Positions 29,930 through 43,866 of a stretch of 64,000 bases of DNA are shown one piece after another (position 1 is the first letter of the stretch; each line of letters opens with the position of its first letter). The position numbers and the translations under genes are program-made. The notes below the pieces were generated by a model. The model was not told the origin of the DNA. It ran no database searches and saw only the letters and a program-made list of their open reading frames with translations. This DNA is from Chrysomallon squamiferum (taxonomy: Eukaryota; Animalia; Mollusca): assembly GCA_012295275.1 (NCBI GenBank), contig CM022673.1, positions 16,616,001-16,680,000 on the forward strand. The letters are read 5' to 3'.

Positions 29930-31583
29930 TAAAACTTTTTATTTCTAAAATGTTTATAGATTATTTTTGTTTCAGTACAAATAATTAATGCTCGTATAAA
30001 ACATAGTTTTTGAAATATCTGTATCTTTACAGTATCTGGATTACATTTCCAGTATAATATTAGAAAACCACATCTGTGTAATTTTATTCTCTTTAGGCAG
30101 TATTAATTCATTTCCTTTGAATGATTTGTTATCACACACAGCTTATAATATAATATCATGACATAAAGAACACATACATAGTTTTCATTTACTGTTGATC
30201 ATGAAAAAGTAAACTTTTACACATTATAATATGTTTAATACGTTGATATAAAACAGATACATCATGTAATTATTCTGTTCTGTAGATGTTGTGTAAAATA
30301 CACCAAAACTTGGTTTTCATTTTGTCAAATTCATTGGGGTATATTTTTTTATCCATGGAAAGGTCGAAATATGAAAGAGAATCCTGCTGTTAATTGATAA
30401 CAACAGGTTGTCTCTATTATATAATTTATTAAACATAACAAATCTAACATAACTGAAATACTCATTTCATCCTTTTACATAATATACAGTAGCTAAAACG
30501 TCTACAATACTATGTATAGCATAATGATATAATTTTCATAGGTCATAGGGCTTATACAGTGTGCATGTGTGTATATGTGTGCACACTGTCATATATTAAA
30601 TGTTATTCCCTAAAGAATTTGTGGCATTTGTACTTTGAGCCAGTAAATAATTACTCTCTGCCAGTAAATAATTACTTTCTGCCAGTAAATAATATTTTTT
30701 TTAAACAAAAGCCTGATTAATTGTTTCTTCAGTTAACTTTTAATGGGTTCTAATTTAGTCTTGGCATTAATAAAAGTTTTAAATAAATAAATTTAAACAA
30801 AAACAAATAAACGTTTTTTTTTCTAACTGTTCCTTCAGAATTATAACTGAAAAATGTGTACCATTATTGAAATAGTTTTGAGCATCAGAATGTATCTGTT
30901 TAACATAAGTGTCCAGTTAGTATTGTTACAGATTTTTAAACAAACTCTTGAATTATGAAAAACTCTGCCACCTTTACTGTTAGACTAAACTCTAACCGTG
31001 TAATTTACAGACACACAAACACAGTGGAGGCAACATTATTTTCTGTTCTGTCAAAAAATCTTAACATATTAGGAAATTGCTTAAAATATACATATTTAAA
31101 AACACACACACACTCACAAACACACACACACACACACGCACACACACATAAAATTGGTGGACACTGAAGCTTAAGAAACAAAAGACTTTGGAATTCCCAG
31201 ATTTAATCCAATATAATTAGAATGTAAAAATTAAACACAAATAAAAGTTTTTGTCTTAGCTGTTGCTCAGTAATAATAATAATAATAATAATAATAATTT
31301 CATCATTATACAATAATTATTACCATCCTACTAAAACCAGTTTATATTTTTCTATTTCATATTTTTCATAGGTGCAAAGAAACCTCAGTAAGTATAAAAC
31401 ACTTTTTTTTATCATGTTTTCATTTACAATTTTAAAGAGTTAAAATAACATTGGCCATAACTGGTGTATTAAAGATGGTGAATAAGTATGTTCTTTTCTG
31501 TGTTCAAATCAGAAGGAATGATCTCTTGTGTGCTGCCAGTGGCTTTCTTCTTTTATAATCATTTATGTATGTGTATATGTGTG

Positions 31584-31627
<44 letters not shown>

Positions 31628-34600
31628 CGCGCGTGTGCGTGTGTCTTTTTACCTACTATCAACAAGTGTGAAATGATCATCTTCTTTTATTCTGTAATTG
31701 TACCATAAAAACAAACTTTTCAGAATTCCTGAAGGAAAAGCTCCTCACTTTTTACAAAAACCAACAATCAAACAACAGCAGAACCTGCTGGTCATGACCT
31801 GCCTTCTTGAAGCCAAACCCACTCCCATGATCCGCTGGTTTCGTGATCAGACTGAGGTTGGGGAGGGCGGTCGCTTTACCATCAGCCTCCAGAGAGATCC
31901 CAGTGCTGCTGACACCTACACCGCCACTCTTCAAATCAAAGTGAGTCTTCTGTTTATTAGTAATATCATTTTTGATAGCAAAATATTTAGGTAAATAATG
32001 TTACACAGTGGTAAGACATCACTAATAAAAATAGTACTTCATTTTAAAACATTGTCTTCCAGTAACTTAGTTTTGTTCAGAATAGACCAATCAAGGGTAT
32101 TCTGTTTTTATTTTAATGTTGTAGCAAAGATTTTTAATAATGATTTTGTCATTCCCTTAATATTGACCATTGTTTATTTTTTATTTTTAGGAACCCACTC
32201 TGCAAGATGGTGGTGCCTATAAGTGTACTGCAGCCAATGATTTTGGAGAATCAAATGCAAATATCACACTTAACTTCCAAGGTATAACATGTTTTAAAAA
32301 GTTCTGCTTTTTGACATGAAACAACAAAAGTGCAATGTACTGCAGTTACAGAAAGCTGTAAATCATTGGTTTAGAGCATTGTTAGGAAGCACACTGGGTC
32401 ACTGAATAAGTTTCCATCAGTGTACTAATGGTTTTATTTCCTTTTGACATATCTTAATGTGTCACACAAATTTATTTAAAAAAATAGTCCACTGTGTTTT
32501 ATATTCTGTGAGATGCTGTTTTGTAAAACATTCACATTCATTAAGAAATAGGAACAGGTTTACTTTTTCAAATCATCATTATAGCAAAAAAACACAACCC
32601 AAAAACCCAAAACTTTAATACATATTAACTGTTAATGTTAAGATAAGTTGAGGTGTCATTAAGCAAATCTTTATTTACAGGTGGTGATAAGAAAGACAAA
32701 CCTCCAGGTGGGATTGCTCCAACATTTACTGAAAAACCAAAAGTATCACAGGAGGCTGGAGGCAAGAATATTGTCATTCTCTGTAAATGTTCTGCTAATC
32801 CAAAGCCTACAGTCTCCTGGTTCAAGGGAACCACACCCCTAACCAGCAGCCCCAGAGTGGTGCCTACCATGACAACTGAAGGCAATGATCACACCATTAA
32901 ACTGGAAATTAAGGTAAGTTTAATAGTGCATTGGGTGTTTCCTGTCCAAGGTGCATAATAAAGCAATAAGATTAGATCACTGGATAATGGTACTCCCAAT
33001 AGTATATAGATCAATATGTTTATGACAGTTGGTAATATTAAAACTTGTTGAAGTAATACAAAACAAATATTTATTCTTTAAAATCAAATATTTTTTTAAT
33101 TAATTATTCATTATTGCTTTAATGAAATGTTGAATGTTTTTGTAACACTTAAATATAAAATTGTACTGCCCTATTTGTCACAATTGTAAAATAAAGACAT
33201 CAGTGATTTTATATCCCAGATTGACATGCTGTAATAATTTTGAAAACTTGATGTTAAAGGAAACAGGATTAACAACAAACAAATTTAGTATAGTAATTTT
33301 TCATTTTTATAATTAACTAGGATGTATATTTTTTAAGATTTTTTTTTGGTCATTTGTATTAGTATGTTTTCACCATCTCCTTTGCAGAATTTCACCCCAG
33401 ATGATGGTGGGGCATACAAAGTCACGGCAAAGAATGAAATGGGAGAAGGAAATGCAAATATTACAATTAACCTTGAACCGTAAGTCAGAGTGTTGTGTAT
33501 TGATAAAAAATGTAAATGAAGACATTATTGCATGATTAATTAATTCTGCCTTGAATAATTCATTTGATTTTGACTCATGTGTTCAAAGCATTAAATTGAA
33601 TCTAAACACGTTGATACTTTTCTAAGACTATATTGAAAACATAATGGCAATATGCATACATAAATGATTTTTCTAATCAGATTTCAAATTTATCATTTTA
33701 ATACTAAAAAAACAACACATATAAAACATTAAATATTAATTAACGTTATGTTTTAAAATTAATTGAATTTTGCTTTATCTGTAGACCGAAAGTAGCTCCA
33801 CCTAAAGTTGAAGGCAAACCCTCTATTCGTTTGGAAGACCAGGATAAAATAATTGTGATGGATTTTGCTGTAGAGTCTGCTGTGAAGCCTGATGTTGCAT
33901 GGTTCTTTAATAACACACCTATAAAAGCAGGAGGACGTTTTGTCATTGATGTGGGTCAGGAAAAGGATCGATGGTATCCAACTCTTGAAATTGAAAATGT
34001 AAGTTGTTCAGAAAATAGAAAATATATTTGTTATCTATGGGAGAACATCATTATTATTTTTATTCATAAAGGGGTCTTCTCACTGTTAGATACTATAATT
34101 GTTTCTTATGTATCATTGTCAAAGGATGTTCTCAGTATACAAGGTGCAGCAGTTTTTTGTAAGTTAATAAATTAGTACAGTAATTCACTGGCAATTTCAT
34201 CATATATTGTTTGTTTTTTGAATGTATGTGTAAGACTTGAATGTGATGGTTATGTGTTATTTTTAATAAAAAGCATCAAAAACAAAAAGTTATTTTGAAA
34301 TTTACAAACTGTGTAAAATATTTGTTCACCTCAGTATAACAGTGCTCTATTTACAAACAAATAAAAGAATCTTTGACAAAACTATGTAAAAATTATGTAG
34401 TCATGTTAATAATACTGGTACATAGATATTTGAATGAATTTATGAAACAGTTATTCAGAAGAATGTAAAATATGCTACTACTAATGCTGATATATAAATA
34501 CATGGATGAATTTGTTCAATTTCTATTTCAGTACACTGACAAAGATTCTGGAACATACAAGTGTGTTGTGAAAAATCCTGGAGGGGAAGCCAGTGTTACA

Positions 34601-37600
34601 GCAGCTCTCAATGTTTCACGTAAGTTCGCCAAAAACAGTGTCTACTGAATCATTAAAAAGGTTTATTTATAATTTTCTTATAATGTTCTATGTTTCAGAA
34701 TAGTTTTCAAAAGATATTCAAAAATTGTCTTATAATTTTGTCAAAATGTAATAGAAATAATACTTATATAAATATGTTCTGTATGTTTGAGAACTCGGGT
34801 ACATCAGGGGAAAAAAGTAATGGGCATGTATATTTTTTTATTAACAGCACATATATCTGTCCCCAGTGTTTTTTATATACTGATATGGAAACAACAAAGA
34901 ACATAAATGACTTTATCCTTGACTTATGAACAATAATACTGATATGTGTGTGATAAAAAAGGGAAAACATTTAGTTATAAATTATACTCAGCAGATCTCA
35001 AGATGTTAAATATTTGTTTCAGAACTGAAGCCAAAAGTTAAAGGAGAAGCACCAAAATTTGTGCAGAAGTTGACTCCAAAGGTAATAATAATTAAACCTA
35101 AAAAAAAAAGATTTTCATTTCCATCTCTAAGAACATAGTCAAATCATGTTAGAGTGGTGTTTTGTATGTAAGTAGGGGAAATAACTACTAATAACTAAAC
35201 ACAATGAGGTTTGACTGTAATATTTAAAGAAATGTAATAACTGAACTAATTTTGGGCTTTCCAAAAGAAGAGTGGCACAGTAATAGTGAACTAACTAAGT
35301 GATGGCAAATTTTGTGGATCACTAGAAACCATTGGATTAATTAGTTCACCACCACTGGTAAGGTCCCCATTCAGCTTTTCTTCTAATGAAGGAGTTTATA
35401 GAAAATATCATGGATTGGAAAGTTGTTTCTTTTCTTATAAGTTATTGTTCATATATTAATTTTTTTTTTTTTTGTTACCTTTCCAGTCTGTTACTGATGG
35501 TGATGCAGTTGACTTTGTAGCCAAGATTTCTGGAACAGAACCCATAGAAATTTTATGGTCTAAAGACAAAAAACCTCTGAAGAATTCTGATATTTATGAA
35601 ATTAGCTATGATAAGGGAGTGGCTCGGCTCTACCTCTCTGAAGTCTTTCCAGAAGATGCAGGAAATTATGCTGTTGACATCAAAAACAAATTTGGATCTG
35701 CCAACTCAATGGCTAGTTTGCAAGTCAAAGGTAAATTATATATTATAATTTTAACAAATATATAGCATTTTAAAAAGATATGGTAATAATGACAACATTG
35801 GAATTATTAGTTACTTAATTTTTCCACTAAAGGGAGTTAATGTTGAATTGAGAAGGATGCCTAAATCATATTTTTAAAAAATGTATTAAAACAACAAAAT
35901 CTGCAATGGCAGTAGCAGGATAAAGGAATTGGAAAAAAAAGTTAATAAAAGCAGACTGTAAATTGAGAAAACAGAATCAAAGCAAAGCTTGAATTTTTTA
36001 TGATAAAAAATAAAAATAAAATAATTTTCATTGAACTTTTCTTTACAGAGGGTAAAAAAGAAACCAAGGAAGAAACACAAATGAAGATTGAAATGAAGGT
36101 ATGATTATTTCTATTAAAATATTTATAAACATTTGTAACAGTAATTATTTGGGTGTAATTGATAAATGATTTATTACTTACTGATGAGACAAATTAATAT
36201 GTTTTATTTGGTGTCAAGCTCTAGAGGATACCATAGTGTCCATTATTTTCCATGAATTAAGATAACACATTGCACATAAGAATACATACTTATCAATGAT
36301 AAAAAGACAGTCCATTAATGTAGTTGATTACCTTGTCATAATTTGCATGTCATGTACTGTTTTTGTGTGGAATTAATAGCAGTTAAAACTATTTCATGTA
36401 TATTTTGTAAATGTAAACAAATTGCTATAATAAAAAAACAAAAATTAAATAGAATATATGTTCTTTGTTAGGCTGCTGAACATCAATACAATTTTTATAA
36501 GAGAAAAAAAAAGAACTGTTAATATAAATGTAATGTTGCTTAACATTTTATATATATATATGTGTATTTATAGATGGATAGATACATGTGTGTGTGTGTA
36601 GACAGATAAAAAGATGCTTAGTTATTATTAATAAAATAAAATATTCTTTTGGTTTTTATTTTCAGACCAAGAAAACAGGTAAAGTGTTTTTAAAATGTTT
36701 GGTTATAGAAACATCAGAAGTGCACACATAGCTATATTTTCTAGATGTGTAATCATGCATGATATGAAACCATCATGCGGTTCTTTGACATTGATAGAAT
36801 TAGTGAACACAAATACCTACAGTGTGTGCATTGAATCAGAGTTGCAGTGTTTGTATCTACAATCAAAATGTCTTGCTTTGATGCATCACATGTGGATACT
36901 GTGCAGTGTATATATTGCCACCATGAATCAAATATAGGTACCATGGACACTGTCCTATTATTTTAATCACGCATGAATTCCAATCATGCATTAAATAGAG
37001 ATTTCTAATTTGATTTTTGATAGGTCAGTTAAATATGAATTGTGTAAAGCATAAATTTAGTTACTTCATAGTTTTTTAAAATAATATTTTAAAAGAAAGA
37101 AAAATGATTATAGATTTGTGAATCCTCTACATCTGATTTTTATATTTTATATGCTTGGATAGAATGTCATAACTCTTACAATATCTTATGCATTATGTAA
37201 AGACAACTTTTCTCAGCTTGTATCCCAAAATACCTGTAGACTAAGTTGTTTTTAGAAACAATTATGTTTATAACAGTGATTGACTATATAAAAGATACTT
37301 GTAACTTTTTTTTCACTTAAATATTTTTATTTAAAGAAAATTATTTAATATATATATATTCAGAAGATATGAATTTATTGAATTTATTGTAAATATCTGT
37401 TACAAAATTTGGAATCTCAAGAATAACAATCATGTAAGTGGGGTTATGGAAAAAAAAAAAAAAAAAGGAAATAAATAAATAATAAAAAAACATGAAATTT
37501 TTAAATAAAAATTAGGGTTTGTTTCGGTGCACTTGCTTTTGCATTTGCAGTGTTTTACACCAATGGTAGTGTGCAATATCATTTTTTCCCTGTCAGTCCT

Positions 37601-40600
37601 GAAAATTAGATTTAGAAGTTGTCTCCCTTAGATATTTTAGTAGTTTCCTATCTCAAATGCACAGAACAAAAACCAGAAGCACCCAAAGAGGAAATAAAAC
37701 CAGAAACCAAGAAAGAGAAAACTCCTCCTAAAGGGAAACCTGCTGAGGAGGAAAAACTGAAATCTGAAGCAGCTGTTAAAAAAGAAAAATCACCCAAACC
37801 AGCAGCACCGCCACCAACGATTATTGAACCTGCTGATGAGAAAGATGCAGACAAAAGTTCAGGTAAAGGTAATCCAAAGGCAGGAAACCCCAGAACCAAC
37901 AAGAAAGATAATGCTGAAGAAGATTCGTCTAAGCCACATAAGACAAAAATGAAACCGTATCAGAAGAAACCAACAACTATTTTGGAAGAAGGTAAGGTGT
38001 ATGAATTTTGCTTGTACAGTCAATCCACTTCACATAAGGAAGTGAATTGACAGATTGTTGGTAAAAAATGCTGGTACACTTTATTTTTAAATCTAATGGA
38101 AACTAATTCATTTTCATTAAAAGCTGAACTAAAATAAAACTGTTTTGAAAATGAAAATTTTTAATAAAAAAAAATTAAAATAATAATAATAATAACAGTT
38201 GAAAAATGTGTTATTTAGTAAATGTAACATTCTGATATCTTAGAAACAAAATTACCATGATAACCAGCATTTTTAAACCAGAGATAACAAAATTCAGAGA
38301 GACCAAATTTTAATATATCCAAAAACCTTGCCTTACCCAGTAAATGTACTGTTATTTTTGGAAAAAAAAATTATTATTGGTAAAATGCATTTAAAAATTT
38401 AACAAGTAGAAAAAAAAAGGATTTTTTATAAAGATTACAAAATACTGGTATACTTTTGATCTGTATCATGTATCTGTTGCCTAGAGACCATGAAACCATT
38501 ATTGTTTCTTAGAACATTTTCTAAAAAGAAAAAATGTTTTGAGAAGACAGATTGTTGATGTACAACAGAATGATTTATTTTGGTCTTGACAAAGTTTCTT
38601 TATAAAACTCCACTGATACAGTTTAAATTGAAATTTATTCACATTATAAATAGTTAATTTTCATAGTAATGCAGTGATTTATGATTTTGTCTCTCTGTAT
38701 TTTGAAGCATGAAATGTTTATGAATGTTTGCATGACTTAGTGCTTTATATATGCTAATGTCTGTAACATGTTCAAGTTTGGTTCTGGCAAAATAATGATA
38801 TTTAATACATGAAAGTCGCTAGTAATTTTAATATTAACAACTGTTAATAATTTTTTTCATTTTCAATGTTTTATTATATTTAACACTTTTGCAATTTTTT
38901 AGTAACACCAAATGATTTTGGATTCAGGCATTAAATACACTTTAAATTTTAATATTTAAATTTATTCCAATTTGGGTATCTTCATATTTTAGAAATAAAT
39001 AAAAAAAACAATTAAAAAATGAAAATTAAAAAAAAGGACAAAACAAAAACATCATTATTTTGCCGGATAACAATTTTTGTCAGTCATATCCAGAAATGAA
39101 AGCTAACCCTGAGAGATAAATATTTTTAAAAATATTTTTTTTCCTTATTCTGAATATTTATTTCATTCATTTATTTCATTGCTTATAAAAATTGAATTAA
39201 GAATCAAATTTGTCCACATTTACAAATAAAAACTGTCATCAGAAACTTACTACCTCAGTGTTTTAGAATGTGCTCTTGAAGTGTACCACATCTCAGGAAA
39301 TCAAGTGGGCTTTTTCCCATTGCAGCTATTCCAGCTAGAGCTGCATGGGTGATACATCAAATGTATTTCTTGCAGTATTGCTGCTGCAGCCAATAAGAAT
39401 ATTCTGTAGGGTAGAGGCAACATATTATTATTATACAAATAACATATATCTGTTATTTAAAATACATAATCAAATATTTATTTATTTTAAAACTGGTTAA
39501 ATATACTGAAAAAAAAAAAAAAAAGGTTTAAATATTTTTAACATTTGGTTAGTATGTTTACTTTCATTTCTGGACAACACTTTATGAATGTGGCCGGTAA
39601 CTTGGACTGCTGCCACAGCAGATTATAAGCAGTACAGATGCTAACCAACTTAATCCTATTATTGAAAAAGCACCATAGTTACCCCATACCTTCACAAAAC
39701 TGAGACTTCTCGACAAAAGCTAATTACCAAGTAACACTATCTGTAATTCTTACTTGATCCATGATGATTTAATGTGCTTAGTCTATAGGTAGCATCACTA
39801 GAATTCTGTGTCAAGACAAAAAAAGTTAAATTTTCTGATTTTATCTGTTGCTACCAAAGAAAAAAGTATAGAAATAAATTAAATTGTTACACTTTGGAGA
39901 AGTAAAAGTTGCAATTTTTGAGAGCAAAAGTCATAAAATATAAAAATGATTTAACTGAATGGGTTAGGTTTAAATATTCTTTTCTGATTGGTTAAGGGCT
40001 AATTTCAATTGCAGTCATATGTAACTAGCTGAAAGCATCTACTGCATCATACAAAATGCTGAGCATGTATTATGTACTGAAATAGTATTGATGATTGCAT
40101 CATTTCAGTATGTAGGTGTGATCTTGAAATCATAAATAAGTAAAATATTCTAACTTTCAAAGAGAAATTTCCTTATTTTTTTTAAATATTTGTTTTTGTT
40201 ATTTATAATAAAAGATAAATTGTTAAAATATATAAATTCATCTATAATGAATTTTAACTGACATTTTTTGTTTATTCAAACTGATGTTTAGGATATCACA
40301 TATATGGCAGACTAGAACTGAAACAAAGTTTTTATTTTGAAAGAAAGCCATTTCTGTAATAAGGAAGTTAACATATTTCAAACTCAGGGCTGAAAACCCC
40401 ACCAAAACAACAAACGTTGCTTCCAAAAATTAAAAACTGCAGTAACCTCCATGGCAGTTGCAGCATTGGGAAATCATATGTGAATATCATGTGGCCATCT
40501 TATTCTGTAATCAACACACAAATCTATTTATTACAATGGTGAATCATGGAAAAATAAAAATATACATGTTTTTTTTTGTTGTTTTTTAAAACAAGTAAAT

Positions 40601-43600
40601 ATTAGAGAAAGAGAGAGAGAAAAAAAAAAAAAAATTAAAATTAAAATTCTATATTAAAAAATAAAGGAAAATCTTTGGTTGCAACAGTTCTAACCATAAT
40701 TACATCTTCCAGAAAACTGGATAGTGTACAAGTAACAAAAAACTTAATGTAGTCTGCCCAGTGAAAAACTGACCCGCACAAGTAACAAAGCTAACCTGGA
40801 CTAAACAATTCAGAAGGCAAAATTAACCTGCAGTAACCAGCTATGAAAATGTAGTAGATATAATATAAACAAATCATCACGTACTAAAGCTATAACCAAT
40901 GTAAACACGTAACCCATAACCTTAACTGTATCTAAATTTTTGTCATACTTGGTTATGTATTGAGACATAAATACATGTATGTTCTATAACTGATAGTCTG
41001 TCATATTGGTTAAATATTCATATTGTACATATTATATGCTCTATAACTAATAGGTTTCTTTAAACAAAAATAATATTTAACCTATTCTCAGCAACATAAC
41101 AGTAGTATTTCAGTGTGTTATAACTCTATAATAATGAAGTTAAAAAGCAAGTTCATATTATAAATAGTACTAAGTGAATATGAAATATAAGACTGAGGCA
41201 ATGATTCAGGTTAAGGCCACTGTGTTTGTGAGAAAAAGCATGCCTTGTGTTTGTCTGTACTCTTTTGATGCAGTCATCTGTAGTTTATACTGTTTGATAA
41301 AGCCGATGAAGAAGTTAGCGATGGCTATGAGGCAGACGATGACAGGCCACAATCTGCGAACATTCCAAACAATGGTTGGGATGATTCTGATGACAGTAAG
41401 TTCAGCATACTGTTTCTTTGTATACTGGAAAATAATGTTCAGTGGAATCTCTGCATAATTAATATTTTATATGTGAAATGGCAGAAATTTACAAAATATT
41501 TTCTCTGGTATTCTGCATTTATCTTTTTGTAAAATAATATTAAAATAAAATAATTTTAATCAAAACCAAAAGAAACTGTTTATACCTGAGTGGTTACTAT
41601 TTTTGCCATAACATGCTGTTCTCAAGTTATTTATATTAATGATGCCTTATTTATTAGATATTCAGCCAATCATCTGGTAGAAGCTGAAAATGGATATTGC
41701 AAATTTCTGCCATTTTTCCTAGGAAGTTCAGAATATGGGGTACATCTTTTTATGGGAGCTCAGAGTTGAAAGGTTACATACATACATACATACATACATA
41801 AACATACATACATAAATACATAGATACATATGTATATACACACATGCATGCACATGCACTGACACACATAAATAAATGGTAAAGTACTTATAAATGAATC
41901 CTTGCTATTGACTGATTAAAGTAAACCACAGAGGTAGGCAGTGTATTTTACAGTCATCATAATGCTGTCTGACATATATAAGGGTTAATTAGCAAAGATT
42001 CCATTGTTAGAATCATTGTAGAAAATTGCATGAATTGGCAGTTCAGTGCTTATTACATGTAAATGTTTGTGATGTGTGTTTAACTGAGTGTGTATTTAAT
42101 ATTAAATTATTTTTAAACATGTTAATTGAAACTGAAAGAAAATATATAAAGGGGGAAATATAGTTCAAGTATTACCATTTTCTTAAATAAAATATGAGCA
42201 AAGAAAGGCAGGTATTTATTGTAGCTGAACATTTTAATTCATAAATAAAATTCTTGTGTTATATTTGAGTAAACATTATCATGCTAATTTAACATGATCA
42301 TGTTAAGCATTATATAGTTATCTGAACAGCTCCAAGTTCAGTTAAAAAAACAAAAAAACAAACAACAATTGTGTTTAAGAAAAAGATAATTCATCATCAA
42401 CCAAATCTTTTTAAAATTAAATAAACATTTCATATTTTCAGTTTCAGTTAACATGTTTTAAAGAAGCATGAAAAATTAAAGAATCTGATCTTTACAACAA
42501 AAGGCCAAAACCATAAACCTCTTTCAGTATTCCAAAATTAATTCACAATTTAAAATACAAAAAACTCGAATTTAATATATATACAAAATACATATATTTA
42601 AAATAAAATGGCTAGATACACTTTTGGTCTTTTGTATATATGTTTCTGCATGCATTAAATCATAAACACCAAGATCACTACACTGGAACATTGATTTTAA
42701 TCATGCTGATAAATAAGGTAAGTAGAGTACATGTTAATTAATTAATCATTTAATATCACAATATTAATCTAAAATAATAATAGTATGTTAATATAACATA
42801 TTAATTAATGGTAAGTAAGTAGATTATGTGTTTTTTAATTGTTTAATATCACTGAATTAATATAATTATAGTATGTTATATTTAACATATATTAATTGAT
42901 ATTAGGTGAGTAGATAATATGTTTCTTAAATAATCATTTTTATCACACTATTAATATAATAATAATATGAAGTATCTTTTATAATTATGTTTATTAACTA
43001 ATGATAGGTAAGTAGATGTTGTTAATTTAATAAATGAATAATATAATAACAAACAATACTTAATAAATTTTCATTAAGATTGTTAAGTTGTAAAGTTATT
43101 TAAAATTATTAAACATCTTGTATTTAAAAAAACATGAATAAATACTTATTACTAGTAAGAATTTTATGTTTAACTTCATTGATAATTTAGCAATTTTAAA
43201 ATCAAAATGGTAATTCTTTGTGTGTGTCTTTAAATGAATTAATCATTAAAATAGATTTTTAAAAAAAATAAAAAAATTAAAACAAATTAAAAGAATAGTC
43301 TGTGTTGCTAGATTAACCATTGATACTCTGTTTCTCTGTGTGGTGTTGCTTAAGTTTGGAAGTAATATCTATTACCTATTTAGCAGGAGATACTTGATTA
43401 TGTTACATACATAGTTTCTTTTAATTAAAAAATGACACCACAAAGTAGGAAACAATTAAAATAAATAAATAATATAAAATGCTAATAAATAAATAAAATT
43501 AAATCATTGTACAATAATGAAATGCTTGCTGTTCAGATGGTAATTTAGGATTTTAAAGATCTATCTGTATTTGAAATTTTTTTTTTTTTTTTATCTAATA

Positions 43601-43818
43601 ACATAGTTCTGTTAGAGAATGAAGTCAGATTAAAATTTATAAAAATATTGAAAAAAGTTTGTATCTAAAAAGTTTTATTTTCAAATTACTACTGATTTTA
43701 AAGATATTTTTTAGATTTACATTGTGTTGTAATGTTCACAGTTTTGTTTATTTAAATATATATATATGTTGTTTATCAATGTTAAGGGATCATCCATGAA
43801 GTATATGTGTGTGTGTGT

Positions 43819-43866
<48 letters not shown>

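Noticed and set aside
39326-39348. Possible 23-nt exon AIPARAAW (phase 1 to 0)
   Set aside because: Weak donor gtgata; not needed for frame; insufficient support
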